Virus record (IMG/VR): IMGVR_UViG_3300024999_000029
Coordinates: 124,001-188,000 of that record
Length of the DNA stretch: 64,000 bases
Strand: one strand, 5' to 3'
Shown here: one piece after another, positions 19,201 to 27,704 of the stretch
How the letters are laid out: the number at the start of each line of letters is the position of its first letter
Position numbering within the stretch: the stretch's first letter is position 1
Position numbers and translations under genes: made by a program
The notes under the pieces: generated by a model
Database searches by the model: none
What the model was told of the DNA's origin: nothing
Seen by the model: the letters and a program-made list of their open reading frames with translations, nothing else

Positions 19201-20194
19201 TGGCATGGGACAATCTGCAAGTGGAAGCGATACTTTTTTACAACTAGCAACCAAGATAGCTGATATATCAGATGATGCAAATGCTGTAGCATCTCATGTA
19301 TTAGCTGGGGAGACATTCTATCAGGGCGGCAGTAAAAAAACAGGCAATATGATAAGTAAGATTGGTAGTGCAACCGTGATTACTCCATCCACGGTAGACC
19401 AAGCTATAGCACAAGGATATTATGGGGGTTTGGCAGCAGATGGAAAAGTGCTGGGCGATGTAGATTTAGTAACAGGAAATATTAGAGCGGGAGTTAATAT
19501 TTTCGGGGTGGCAGGAAAATCCAGTGTGGTGGAAACTTCTGATGGAGATGCAGTAGCATCAAATATATTAAATGGTAAGAAAGCTTATGTTAATGGAAGT
19601 TTAATTACTGGTAACGTACCTTCAAAAACAGGGGATACTGGATCATTGCCTAGCTCAAATATTGGAGGAGCTTGGGATGGAGCATTGGTATTAGGTACAC
19701 CAAATGGTTTATATAATGGGGAGTGGCACATTCAAATTATAGATAACCTATGGGCTTCTAATATTAAAGCTGGAGTAAAAGTAGGAAATGTTGCAGGATT
19801 AGGTATTGTAGGAACATGTGAGCCTAAAGAGGTTACCGCTGGCGATATAACAATGTTTAGTTATGCGCCTAGTAATACCGCATATGGCACTTCATATTCT
19901 AGGGTAAGGGGGGCTACAGTTCACATAAAAGGTAGCTATAGGGTTAAGTTCGACCTATCTAGTCAAAATGCAGGAGCTACCGCCTACGGCAGAATATATA
20001 TAAATAACACACCAGTGGGTACAGAAAGGTCGACAACATCAACTGACTACACTAATTATGTAGAAGACATTATAAATGTAAACCCCGGAGATATCATAGG
20101 TATATGGGGCAGAGTTGTAGGCAGTACTGGTGCAAGAGTACAGAATTTTGTTTTAGCCGCTGCTCAAAGTATTGTTCCTGTATATACAAATTAG
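13262..20194 (+). CDS. Large modular tail fibre / receptor-binding protein (2310 aa)
   Basis: Upstream of holin/lysin; 14-aa coiled-coil repeats; CBM5/12-like WEAYN...YYPLNKVSWNGSSYIC; two tandem modules of about 630-650 aa; fibre-type C-terminus. Confidence 0.85.
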   Translation: MSYLPNNREFRDPTVFDVRDFAVQRTDINKKIINNRIPLEEKPDIIHHVQISGYTEIFDNSVPTENQFKCDYTNDYLTFNPLKEGVVIPSISYWGLGNILISADKVYLHNDNPDATITLQDMIDDGEQALVAMGGLESVISSATLHEASLEADIVTATSKESSLEADIATATTKKSDLDGSISTATTTKANLDGSNTTALVTKSALDASNTTANTTKTNLDNSNTTALATKTALDLSNTTANNTKTNLDSSILAGDASKTNLDASVILGNTSKSNLDLSISTSITKKADLDSSISTATTKKSDLDASISNANNSKTALDISKANADNSKTALDLSIGTGNALKTNLDSNISTGTTLNTNLGNSISGGNTTKTNLDGSISTATTLNGTLDGTIVTANTSISELNTTNDSFIVWEAYNSTHTYYPLNKVSWNGSSYICLSTCTNILPSNNSYFMLICAKGVDGTGAVMNINSTNSDIAVGNPTGEVLLTLNSGTGAYQIVKLDSNGKIPLAVIPDIAKQQTYVVTDLTARNALTGLVSGDTCYLTSNGDSYIYNGSTWVLMADADWANISLDWTNIVGRPTSSVANIDDAVTKKHSHVNQTILDNTTASFLTADETKLDGISTGANKTESSSTNGNIKVDGIEKTVYTHPSTHSADIIVDGTTNKTYTATEKTKLNSIVIATQEEAESSTSNTTFMTPLRTTQLIENPIYTAEATTTQQVTSLPSTAMKSPFAAAELEGNTNTNIVTNSNFADGTTGWTPQFSTLSTINNILSVTGNGINSAASTYQNTNIDCVEGKKVFARVKLSVTNSNSTLIDLRLLGSLGGTIQIAQQTTPTINQVYELFGIATLTSFNLGKVQIRPVQFYADATTATGKVMEVQEVLAIDMGADSTNPLYNLTADQMNARFANWFDSTKSVGMQRVKSVGKNLFDVNSYNTKSSTGIKVITVDEIAFTTTGNASGSLYFKIYSGLSDYNTVVSTSDYYSSAGNKTVTTTTTNETFYRLVFGINGNAQDAKLYYRLKLKPNTTYKATLNISSFSANSIIVDNTIQIEESSTVTYATRVYEPYTESTAYTTPELRRVGTVADTVDLLSGRHTKYISDWHSLQASDITTLGTTRTNVDTLIVALPLAKAAITGATQNVFKVPNFNASTLSTIIDDIQYIGQYVYSASINANLVLVIAKGTYASLAAAQTALAGTQILYQLATPTTTNYLPSTLISEPNGTIYTEPSITDVGYYGTNIAVADTDYPISSLDWINKIDVDTGAFIPVDIATCTVASGGLSFTISTATVDECYEYAYNYSTALSVIPSLAYSYSTNLKAQVNETVSAVERLDRKIEEKSANLKIATEAEAEAGTSNTVFMTPLRTTQLIENATYTAEATTTQQVTSLPSTAMKSPFASAELEGNTNTNIVTNSNFTSTAGWTLTVGATVSAANNVLNLTGSGSSSSPQTYQQSIIPVVTGKKMYITGRARVTNANCQYLYIKISDGTGTTITGSPAVVAAPVPNTWYTFSAIATCQASLSGNFRVYLMHTYVDAATASGKVMEVKEVMAIDMGVDSTNPLYNLTADQMNARFANWFDTTKSIAPQRVKSVGKNLFDKNDILIYGKRLSGTANGATTTDVTYNVTGYMRVNPSSTYCKTNFASTVAFYDKSKIFISEVYTNPFTVPANAIYAISSVLVANLDTAQLELGSSATTYEPYTESTAYTTPELRRVGTVADTVDLLTGKYAKNISDWYSLQASDITALITTGVNADYIQTNVSFLPLAKPSNGTVQNIIKVGNYPETTIALFDSADSHWKFVYSETERIVIIFPKGTYASLAAAQAALAGTQILYQLAVPTTANYLPSNLTSKPSGTLYLEPSITDVGYYGANIAIADTDYPIATLDFMNKIDVGNGTFTLVDITACTVASGGLSFTISGATAGEYYEYGYNYSTELSVIPSLSYSYSTNLKAQVNETVSAVERLEEALDELFTSASNGKTAIASAIAGMGQSASGSDTFLQLATKIADISDDANAVASHVLAGETFYQGGSKKTGNMISKIGSATVITPSTVDQAIAQGYYGGLAADGKVLGDVDLVTGNIRAGVNIFGVAGKSSVVETSDGDAVASNILNGKKAYVNGSLITGNVPSKTGDTGSLPSSNIGGAWDGALVLGTPNGLYNGEWHIQIIDNLWASNIKAGVKVGNVAGLGIVGTCEPKEVTAGDITMFSYAPSNTAYGTSYSRVRGATVHIKGSYRVKFDLSSQNAGATAYGRIYINNTPVGTERSTTSTDYTNYVEDIINVNPGDIIGIWGRVVGSTGARVQNFVLAAAQSIVPVYTN
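13664..14470 (+). repeat. About 19 degenerate 14-aa (42-bp) tandem repeats
   Basis: xLDxSxxTAxxxKx units, for example DLDGSISTATTTKA, NLDGSNTTALVTKS, DLDSSISTATTKKS. Confidence 0.9.
15293..19134 (+). repeat. Tandem duplication of an approximately 1.9-kb module inside the tail fibre gene (15293-17247 and 17282-19134)
   Basis: Identical blocks include 16442-16512 = 18332-18402 (71 bp) and 17201-17247 = 19088-19134 (47 bp), separated by unrelated variable segments. Confidence 0.92.
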
Positions 20195-20205
20195 GAGGGA
20201 AAACC

Positions 20206-20457
20206 ATGTCAAGAAAAGTATACTATACCGATGAAAATAGACAAGAATTGATTGACGAAGCCACAGTAAATGGGGAGTTTTTAGTAGAGGATGCTATAAC
20301 TTTAAATGACGGTAATTATTTAGTATTTGATGATGCCCCAATAGAACCAGAGCAGGCACCTGAGGAACGTATAGCAGAGCTGGAAGTCCAATTAAGTAAT
20401 GCGACCAGTTTGTTAAACGATGCCACAAGTCTATTGATAGAAGCGGAGGTGCTGTAA
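20206..20457 (+). CDS. Tail fibre-associated small protein (chaperone-like)
   Basis: SD aggaggg; start MSRKVYY; position directly after the fibre gene. Confidence 0.6.
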   Translation: MSRKVYYTDENRQELIDEATVNGEFLVEDAITLNDGNYLVFDDAPIEPEQAPEERIAELEVQLSNATSLLNDATSLLIEAEVL

Positions 20458-20458
20458 T

Positions 20459-20566
20459 TTGAATATTGATGAAAGAAAGTTAAGATTATATAGATTTTTA
20501 ATTGATATTGGTCGGATTACGATATATGAAGTCCCAGAATTATATAGGATGGAATTGAGTAAGTAA
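20459..20566 (+). CDS. 35-aa XkdX/CD1375-like small protein
   Basis: Read by hand: MNIDERKLRLYRFLIDIGRITIYEVPELYRMELSK; typical position after a fibre chaperone. Confidence 0.5.
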   Translation: MNIDERKLRLYRFLIDIGRITIYEVPELYRMELSK

Positions 20567-20800
20567 TATAAAACAAAACTTTTAATCAAAAATATAAAAT
20601 GATTTCCCATTTTTACTTGATGAAACCATTATTTTAATTGAAAAGACGAATAAGGATTGGTTAGTTGGGGTATTCTCAAAATAGAGGTTATTACCTCTTT
20701 CTTTTTAAAATTACTTGTGAGAGCAAGTTAATATAGAGGTTAGAGACATTCAGTTATGAGTGTCTCTTTTTTATTATTCAAATTTCAAGGGGGAAATAAA

Positions 20801-21331
20801 ATGAGCGAGGTGATTAGTCATTTACTAGGATTCTTAAAAATCTTAAAAAATGAAATGGTTTGGTTGGTCAGTTTGATATTGACTACGTTTTTAAGTGCAA
20901 TAGGATATCCAAAAGAAATAATCGTTTTTATTTTTGTTTTAGTAATTGCTGACGTAATCAGCAGAATGATGGCAGAAGTTTATAAAAAATATAAAACTAT
21001 AAGCTTATATTATTTTGTAATTTCATGGAAGGGAGAAGACAAAACCCTATCAAGCAAGAAACTTAAATATGGTCTATTTGCAAAAATATTCTTTTATGGA
21101 GTTTTCTTATATGTTGCTAATCAAACTAGCATTATTCCAGAAGTTATTTGTGGTCAAGCAATCAGCACATTTTTGTATAGTATGATTGTTGTAATCGAAT
21201 TTTCTTCAATTCTTGAAAACTCTATAGACCTTGGGTTTAAACGGTTTAAGCCTATATTGCAATTCTTCAATAAGAAAAGAGATGAATTAGTGGGTGAGAA
21301 TATTGAAAGAAATGATACTCCTGTTGAATAA
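20801..21331 (+). CDS. Phage holin (holin family 4-like)
   Basis: Several TM segments, FVLVIADVISR...IEFSSILENSIDLG motif; directly before the endolysin. Confidence 0.75.
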   Translation: MSEVISHLLGFLKILKNEMVWLVSLILTTFLSAIGYPKEIIVFIFVLVIADVISRMMAEVYKKYKTISLYYFVISWKGEDKTLSSKKLKYGLFAKIFFYGVFLYVANQTSIIPEVICGQAISTFLYSMIVVIEFSSILENSIDLGFKRFKPILQFFNKKRDELVGENIERNDTPVE

Positions 21332-21361
21332 AAAATATAAAAGAATGGAAGGTGATTACTT

Positions 21362-21961
21362 ATGATAGATTTAAATAAGTTAAATCCATATGTAAAAATT
21401 CTTACTGAAAAGTTTTTAGCTGAGTGTAAAAAACAAAATATTAATGTAACTATTACACAAGGTTTACGAACAATAGCAGAACAAAACGCATTGTATGCTC
21501 AAGGAAGAACTACTTCTGGAAATATTGTGACTCAAGCCAAAGGTGGTAACTCAATGCACAACTACGGTCTGGCTGTTGACTTTGCTCCAATAGTTAATGG
21601 TAAAATTGATTGGAATGATATTGCATTATTTAAAAAAATCGGGAAAATTGGTCTTTCTGTTGGATTTGATAGTTATGGAGGTGATTGGACTAGTTTTAAG
21701 GACTATCCGCACCTTCAGTGGACTGGCGGATTAAGTTTATCCGATTTGAAATCGGGAAAAGTTCCTACTATTCCAAAAGAAGGAGATGATAACGTGGAAC
21801 ATAATACTATGAAGCTTTTTTATTCTGATGGAACTCCAGTAAAGGTTGATAATTATAAGATTGATGGTAGCACATATGTGAATCTTAGAGATATATTATC
21901 TGCCAGAGTTAAGTCAATTAAAGTGGTTCAGGGGGATAAAATTTACCTAATCAAACAATAA
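21362..21961 (+). CDS. Endolysin, M15 family L-Ala-D-Glu peptidase
   Basis: GLRTIAEQNALYAQGRT, SMHNYGLAVDF and DYPHLQ zinc-ligand motifs. Confidence 0.9.
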   Translation: MIDLNKLNPYVKILTEKFLAECKKQNINVTITQGLRTIAEQNALYAQGRTTSGNIVTQAKGGNSMHNYGLAVDFAPIVNGKIDWNDIALFKKIGKIGLSVGFDSYGGDWTSFKDYPHLQWTGGLSLSDLKSGKVPTIPKEGDDNVEHNTMKLFYSDGTPVKVDNYKIDGSTYVNLRDILSARVKSIKVVQGDKIYLIKQ

Positions 21962-21974
21962 GGAGGTATTATTT

Positions 21975-22304
21975 ATGGATTACATATTTTATATATTATT
22001 CGCAATCACATCTATATTAGCAGTTCTAGAAATTATTAAACTTGTGAAATCTAGTGATGGAAAGTTCACAGAAGATGGTTGGAATAAAATATCAAAAATT
22101 GGTTATGAAACTATTGATGAGTTAATAAAATTATACAATTCTAAAAAAGATAGAACGTTATTTATAATAGAAATAATTGATATTATCATGCTTAAAGTTA
22201 ATAATTTACCAGAAGATGTTAGAGAATTTTTTACTAGAGAGCGAATTGAAATATTTTTTAAACCAGCAATTGGGAGGTTGATTGATAAGTTAGAAAAGAA
22301 ATAG
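21975..22304 (+). CDS. Hypothetical membrane-anchored protein (lysis region)
   Basis: N-terminal TM helix; SD aggagg. Confidence 0.65.
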   Translation: MDYIFYILFAITSILAVLEIIKLVKSSDGKFTEDGWNKISKIGYETIDELIKLYNSKKDRTLFIIEIIDIIMLKVNNLPEDVREFFTRERIEIFFKPAIGRLIDKLEKK

Positions 22305-22317
22305 ATGAATACTTTTA

Positions 22318-22360
22318 GGGGAAGATGTGACTTCGGTTACCTCTTCCCCACTATTTTTTT
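22318..22360 (+). terminator. Intrinsic terminator ending the late operon
   Basis: ggggaaga...cttcgg...tcttcccc hairpin followed by a T tract. Confidence 0.8.
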
Positions 22361-22443
22361 GCCTATTTTTGTTGTACCCCATTGATTGTATAAAAGGTTG
22401 ATTTTATTGGGTTTTTAGCCCTACTCTCGCAATGGTTACGGGG

Positions 22444-22785
22444 TCAGTTTGTTGTACCCCAAGACAATTTTGTGTCAGAAATGAATGTAGGCTTGAAATT
22501 CGGGTCTTTATAGTTAATTGTGTATGATCCGTCGGAATTTATTATTACCTCGCTAATTAGCTCTCTCATGAACTTATTATCTTTAATAAATTGAGTATTT
22601 GATATATTACATTGTTTTAAAACTACTGAAGCTAATTCTTCTTCGTTTATGAAGCTTTTATTTATACATGCTTGTGTGCCATTTTTTAAACGGTTGTTGC
22701 AGCGATAATTTATTTGATTACGTTCTTTCCTACCTTTATATGTGTGGTTGCAATTTTGACAATGGATTAGTGAACTGAATAACAT
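22444..22785 (-). CDS. Stand-alone recombinase zinc-beta-ribbon domain protein
   Basis: LFSSLIHCQNCNHTY...YRCNNR...C...FINEEEL pattern; directly downstream of the serine recombinase. Confidence 0.75.
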   Translation of the reverse strand: MLFSSLIHCQNCNHTYKGRKERNQINYRCNNRLKNGTQACINKSFINEEELASVVLKQCNISNTQFIKDNKFMRELISEVIINSDGSYTINYKDPNFKPTFISDTKLSWGTTN

Positions 22786-22845
22786 TGATTACCTCCAAAA
22801 AATAAAAGCATACTTATAATATGCTTTATTCTATAATATTATTGG

Positions 22846-24588
22846 TTAAGAAGCAAGTTCAAATTGTAAATCTATAATGTAATTAACCTCTACAGGATGT
22901 GTATCTCTAGCGTTTTTCTTTCTAAAAAATTTAAACATGCGTTTGTTATCTTCTATATGTGTGATAAACATCAAATGCATATCTCTTATGAAGTAAACTG
23001 GTATTTCACCCAGACCCGCTTTTAATACAACATTAATGCATATTTCATTTTTTTCTTTCCCTTTTGATACTTCAATTTTTTCCAAAAATTTATCCATTGT
23101 TTCTTCGTCTAGTTCACTGTTAATATCAAAATCAAAATTAAAGAATTCTTTTAATGATTTTACTTGTGATGCTACATCATACTTTGCATCGTTTAATTTT
23201 TCATAATTTTTTATTCGTTTTTCATAACCCTCAATTTCATCATTTAAATCTTTAATTTGTTCTTGATAATCGTTGTCCGCTACATTTCCTCCCGCATATA
23301 ACCGTAAAAGATTTTTCTTTAATACTTTATTTTCATTTATATTGTTCATCAACTCTTTAATATCTTTGTCATAATTAACTTCTTTTAAATATTTAGAATG
23401 TAGTTCAGTTAATTCTTTGCTAAAAACGTTTTTATACTTAGAATACATATGTAGTACGTGTTTCATAATATCATCCAACTCATTTTTATACATCATTGGA
23501 CTATCGCAAAATTTTTTACCTTTTTTTCTATAAATTTTACATTGCCATACTTCTTTTGATTCTATAGTGTCGTATTTATAAAAATTTCTCCAATATGATG
23601 TTTTGTGTTCTGAGCAAATTATTTTTCCAGAATATAAGAATTTATTTTGATACGATGTCTTATCTTCGGATGTCATTTTTTCACTTCTTTGTTTTAAGAT
23701 ATTGTTTGCCTTTTCCCATATTTCCTCGGAAACAATTGGTGGAACGCTTTCATAATCTTTATATGTTATCCATTTATCTGAATTAAAAAACTCTCGCTCT
23801 TTTGTAATAAAATCTATTGTTGTTGATTTTTTACCACAATAATATCCCTTATATTTTGGATTAGTAATAATAGATTTTATAGTATTAAACGTAATGGGGT
23901 TTCCGTTTCTATTTACAATTTCTTTTTGAGACAGCATATCGGATACTGTCCTTATTCCTTTATTTTGATTTGCATATAAATCGAAGATTTGACATACAAT
24001 TTCAGCTTCTTCTTTCTCTATTACTAGTTTGCCATTTTCTTTATTATATCCCCATATTTTATTATTCCCCAACACTTTTCCCGAATCGATTGAACGTTTA
24101 TGCCCCCATTTAACTCTATCTGATATCTTTCTACTTTCTTCTTGAGCTAAACTAGACATTATGGCAAGTTTAACCTCCGAATCTGGCATCAAGGTATTTA
24201 TTCCATCATTTTGAAATAGCACTCCTATACCGTATTTTAATAATTCTCTAGTATAAAACAAGCTATCAATTGTATTTCTAGCAAATCTACTTACTTCTTT
24301 AGTTATAACTAAATCAAATTTCTTATTTCTTCCGTCTTCAATCATTTGGTTAAATGCTTCTCTTTTATTGATTGATGTGCCTGTAATACCTTCATCGATG
24401 TATCCTTCTACGAGAGTCCAATTATTACAACTTTTAATATGTTCTTCAAAATAATTAATTTGATTCTTGAGAGAGTTTAATTGATCTAAGGTAGAAGTTG
24501 ATACCCTAGTATAATATGTAACTCTTAACTGTAAGTCGTAGATAGATTTGCCTAGATTCAAAGTATTTCTAATTGTATATAAGTCCAT
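22846..24588 (-). CDS. Large serine recombinase (integrase)
   Basis: YYTRVSTS catalytic motif, YIDEGITGT, KEVSRFARN, recombinase domain, Zn ribbon (SGKIICSEH) and coiled coil. Confidence 0.95.
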   Translation of the reverse strand: MDLYTIRNTLNLGKSIYDLQLRVTYYTRVSTSTLDQLNSLKNQINYFEEHIKSCNNWTLVEGYIDEGITGTSINKREAFNQMIEDGRNKKFDLVITKEVSRFARNTIDSLFYTRELLKYGIGVLFQNDGINTLMPDSEVKLAIMSSLAQEESRKISDRVKWGHKRSIDSGKVLGNNKIWGYNKENGKLVIEKEEAEIVCQIFDLYANQNKGIRTVSDMLSQKEIVNRNGNPITFNTIKSIITNPKYKGYYCGKKSTTIDFITKEREFFNSDKWITYKDYESVPPIVSEEIWEKANNILKQRSEKMTSEDKTSYQNKFLYSGKIICSEHKTSYWRNFYKYDTIESKEVWQCKIYRKKGKKFCDSPMMYKNELDDIMKHVLHMYSKYKNVFSKELTELHSKYLKEVNYDKDIKELMNNINENKVLKKNLLRLYAGGNVADNDYQEQIKDLNDEIEGYEKRIKNYEKLNDAKYDVASQVKSLKEFFNFDFDINSELDEETMDKFLEKIEVSKGKEKNEICINVVLKAGLGEIPVYFIRDMHLMFITHIEDNKRMFKFFRKKNARDTHPVEVNYIIDLQFELAS

Positions 24589-24689
24589 TCTTCACCTCTG
24601 TTACCATATGTATAATATGAGTTTGATAGTTATAATAATATACTATTAATACATGTTGCGTCAATATTTAGATATTATAAAAAAGAAAG

Positions 24690-24875
24690 TTAAAGCTTTT
24701 CAATATCAGCTTTAACTTTTTGATATACATCGTTACTTACTAATCCTGCCTCAAATGCTCTTCTGCTCATAATTAAAAACAACTCTTTTTTAATTTCATT
24801 AGGGAAAGGTGGCAGAGATTGATCTTTTTTATCTATTTTGTCTTTAGTGTGTTTTTTAATAATAGGTTCTACCAT
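24690..24875 (-). CDS. Small hypothetical protein upstream of the recombinase
   Basis: ORF track; same strand. Confidence 0.55.
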   Translation of the reverse strand: MVEPIIKKHTKDKIDKKDQSLPPFPNEIKKELFLIMSRRAFEAGLVSNDVYQKVKADIEKL

Positions 24876-24923
24876 AAATTATAACCCTTTCACGTTTCAT
24901 TATTATGTATATTTAAAACAAGC

Positions 24924-25397
24924 TTAAATAATTACTTTTTTTACTTCTTTTTGAACCATGTGCCATCCAATGCAAATAGCATCCGCCTCATCTTCAGAAG
25001 CATCTATATCAAATTGTTCTTTGACAAAATTTTGAGCATTGGCTTTTTGATCCACTCTTTTTTTTCCTTTAACTCCACATGTAGACTTCCATTTTGAAGG
25101 TTCTATGATAAAGTACAGCAGCTCTTGTTCATATAGATTGTTTTTCATAACTCCTAATAGTTCTGCTAGAGGCTTATACCCCTGTAAATTACCTTGATAT
25201 TGTATTTGTTCTATTGCTACAATTTCAGCTTTTTGATTTTTAATTAGGTTGTTAGCTTCAGTTTTTAGTTTAAATATTCTCTCATCTGAATTTTCGATCT
25301 CACTAAAATCTAAAACTCCGTGATTAATTAAATTCTCATTATCGAATACCGAATATCCTGTTTTGTTGGTTGACTGGTCGAACGAAATTACTCTCAT
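24924..25397 (-). CDS. ruvC: RuvC-like Holliday junction resolvase
   Basis: ISFDQSTNKTGY, VAIEQIQ, PSKWK and DEADAICIG acidic motifs. Confidence 0.85.
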   Translation of the reverse strand: MRVISFDQSTNKTGYSVFDNENLINHGVLDFSEIENSDERIFKLKTEANNLIKNQKAEIVAIEQIQYQGNLQGYKPLAELLGVMKNNLYEQELLYFIIEPSKWKSTCGVKGKKRVDQKANAQNFVKEQFDIDASEDEADAICIGWHMVQKEVKKVII

Positions 25398-25425
25398 TTT
25401 TACCTCACTATTTTATATTTTAGAT

Positions 25426-25833
25426 TTATTCTTTTTCATTATTGAACCAGATTGCGTAGTCTACTTTAAATATATCTCTTAGATAAATATAAATGTGGCA
25501 ACCGTATTCATCTTCATATTTATAGAGTCTTTTACCATATTTACTTTGGTTATATAAATATTTTTTCGTGAACTTAACATTCCTTTTTATATTTTCCTTA
25601 ACACTTTCCAATGTTAAGTTCCAATTACCCTGTTCAACGATTTCTTGCCAACAACAAAGTTCATCTCCATTGCAACAATAAAAATTTTCGGTCATGCCAT
25701 AGTTGGTAAACTTTTTTAATAAGCTAGGTAGAACATTTTTATTAAACACTTCTGGTTTTAAAAGCATATCTTTCTCTCTATAAAAACTCAATTGTCTTTC
25801 AAGCAATTTTTTATCTATCATATTGCAATACAC
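25426..25833 (-). CDS. Hypothetical protein
   Basis: Packed minus-strand ORF with SD. Confidence 0.6.
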   Translation of the reverse strand: MYCNMIDKKLLERQLSFYREKDMLLKPEVFNKNVLPSLLKKFTNYGMTENFYCCNGDELCCWQEIVEQGNWNLTLESVKENIKRNVKFTKKYLYNQSKYGKRLYKYEDEYGCHIYIYLRDIFKVDYAIWFNNEKE

Positions 25834-25855
25834 TCCTCTCCTTTTATATTTTAAA

Positions 25856-26173
25856 TTATTGTTGTTTCAATTCTTCTTCCGTTTCTTCTACCCATATATC
25901 CCATTCTTGTTTAGATTCTTTTAAAGATTTTTTAGGTAATTTACCCCGTCTCATTAATTGCATTTCTTTTAAAGATTCTTCCAACGATTCTGCTACGGTA
26001 CAATATCTCTCATTTAAATATTTATCTTTATACAAATACTGGACTACTTCCTCCATATTGCCACATGAATTACAAATGTAAGTTATAATTACCGCATTGG
26101 TTCCTCTTTTTGTACAACTAAATATGCCTGTGTTACAACTGCCGCAATTACATTGTAATTCGAAACTCTCCAT
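25856..26173 (-). CDS. Hypothetical Cys-containing protein
   Basis: CNCGSC and CNSC motifs. Confidence 0.6.
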   Translation of the reverse strand: MESFELQCNCGSCNTGIFSCTKRGTNAVIITYICNSCGNMEEVVQYLYKDKYLNERYCTVAESLEESLKEMQLMRRGKLPKKSLKESKQEWDIWVEETEEELKQQ

Positions 26174-26492
26174 GTTTTTCTCCTATCTCTATAAATTTGT
26201 ATTTTAATTGATTAATCACATTATAAATTGAATAAATTTTTATTAATTCCATTAAATATTCTATATTTTTATCTACTTTATCAACTACAATATTTGCGTC
26301 ACAATCTTCATCAACATCAATGATATCAATTCTTTTAATATACCATTTTATTAGCTCTTCAAAAGATATACTGTGACAATAATCTCTACTGTAAAATGTA
26401 ACGCTATCTTCATCAATAAAATTACAATCCTTACCATAGATTTCTACATCTAAATACTCGCATATCTCTCTAATCCTATCATAATTAATCAT
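26148..26492 (-). CDS. Hypothetical protein
   Basis: Packed minus-strand ORF. Confidence 0.6.
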   Translation of the reverse strand: MINYDRIREICEYLDVEIYGKDCNFIDEDSVTFYSRDYCHSISFEELIKWYIKRIDIIDVDEDCDANIVVDKVDKNIEYLMELIKIYSIYNVINQLKYKFIEIGEKHGEFRITM

Positions 26493-26520
26493 ACATTTAT
26501 CCTTTAAATTTATATTTTAG

Positions 26521-26865
26521 TTAAAGTAGCCTGAATCTTTTTACGTATGGGTGTGCTTCTTCTCTTGACATTATAGGAAATCCTAATACAGTTTTAGATT
26601 GTGGCGGTACCTCTGTATGTCCATTATCTATAATTAGTTTAGCATTCGGCAATTTTTCATATACTTTAATTATTTCATTTTCATTTGCTTTAAGTACTAC
26701 TTTTTTAATCGCTATTTTTAGCCATTGTTTAAACTTTTCTTCATGTTGGTCACGTAACGCAATTAACATAGCTGCATGACTTACTTGTGCTGCAATTTTT
26801 CCTGCCGACATATTTAAGTCTTTATTAACTATAAAATATTGTATCAGCTCATTATTATCGTTCAT
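26521..26865 (-). CDS. pth2: Peptidyl-tRNA hydrolase type 2 (Pth2), copy 1
   Basis: YFIVNKDLNMSAGKIAAQVSHA, KKVVLK, IIDNGHTEV...KTVLG, ending RLL. Confidence 0.88.
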   Translation of the reverse strand: MNDNNELIQYFIVNKDLNMSAGKIAAQVSHAAMLIALRDQHEEKFKQWLKIAIKKVVLKANENEIIKVYEKLPNAKLIIDNGHTEVPPQSKTVLGFPIMSREEAHPYVKRFRLL

Positions 26866-26921
26866 ATTATCCCTTTCTTATTTTATATTTTGTTTAACTG
26901 TCTGCTAAATCTTTCATCTTT

Positions 26922-27497
26922 TTATTGCCATTCATATTCTTTTATTTCTTTTAAACAATTTCTATAATAACTCGTTGCATTTTTATTCCCATCACTAGTA
27001 TTTTTAATATCGTTACAACATAAGCATCTATAATACCCCATTTCTTCTTCAACTTCTTTTTCTGATAACTCTATTATCATATCAGAAGTATAAAGTTTGC
27101 CACAGGTACAACAACACCTAAGTTCATCTTCCTTTATTCCTAGTTGTTGCTCAATTACTTTTGATATATCACCTAATATTAAATGTTTCTCGATGAGTAT
27201 TTCTGCTAATTCTCCATCAAAAATATCTGAATCATACCAAGGAAGAGTTTTCCAATAATTATATAATTCTTTACTGTTTGTGATAATACATGCTTTTCCA
27301 AAGGCTGCATACCAACCACTTGTACTCGTATTCATCGGAATACCATCCTCAGCAAATGTGTCTATGCTCCAGTACTCATGAATACGAATAAGTTGATTTC
27401 TAAATTCCTTTAAAAAATCATATGTAATTAACTGTTTAATGTTTTTTGGTATTTGATATTCAACATGAATATCATCACTATTTCCTAAGATTGGCAT
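26922..27497 (-). CDS. Hypothetical protein
   Basis: 191-aa ORF with CCCTCG and CLCC motifs. Confidence 0.65.
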   Translation of the reverse strand: MPILGNSDDIHVEYQIPKNIKQLITYDFLKEFRNQLIRIHEYWSIDTFAEDGIPMNTSTSGWYAAFGKACIITNSKELYNYWKTLPWYDSDIFDGELAEILIEKHLILGDISKVIEQQLGIKEDELRCCCTCGKLYTSDMIIELSEKEVEEEMGYYRCLCCNDIKNTSDGNKNATSYYRNCLKEIKEYEWQ

Positions 27498-27704
27498 ACT
27501 GTTTTATTCTCCTTTTATATTTTCCTTCTCTATATTTTTATCATGGTTACTTATACAATTATCTTTACATATATCTTCATTCCAATCATATTGATGTTTA
27601 CATACTCCCCAATCATCTAATTCAAAATGAGAACATTGCTTTTGTTGTTTTAATTGATTCTTATTCATGTAACTTCTCCCCTTAAATCAAGACTATAATC
27701 ATCT

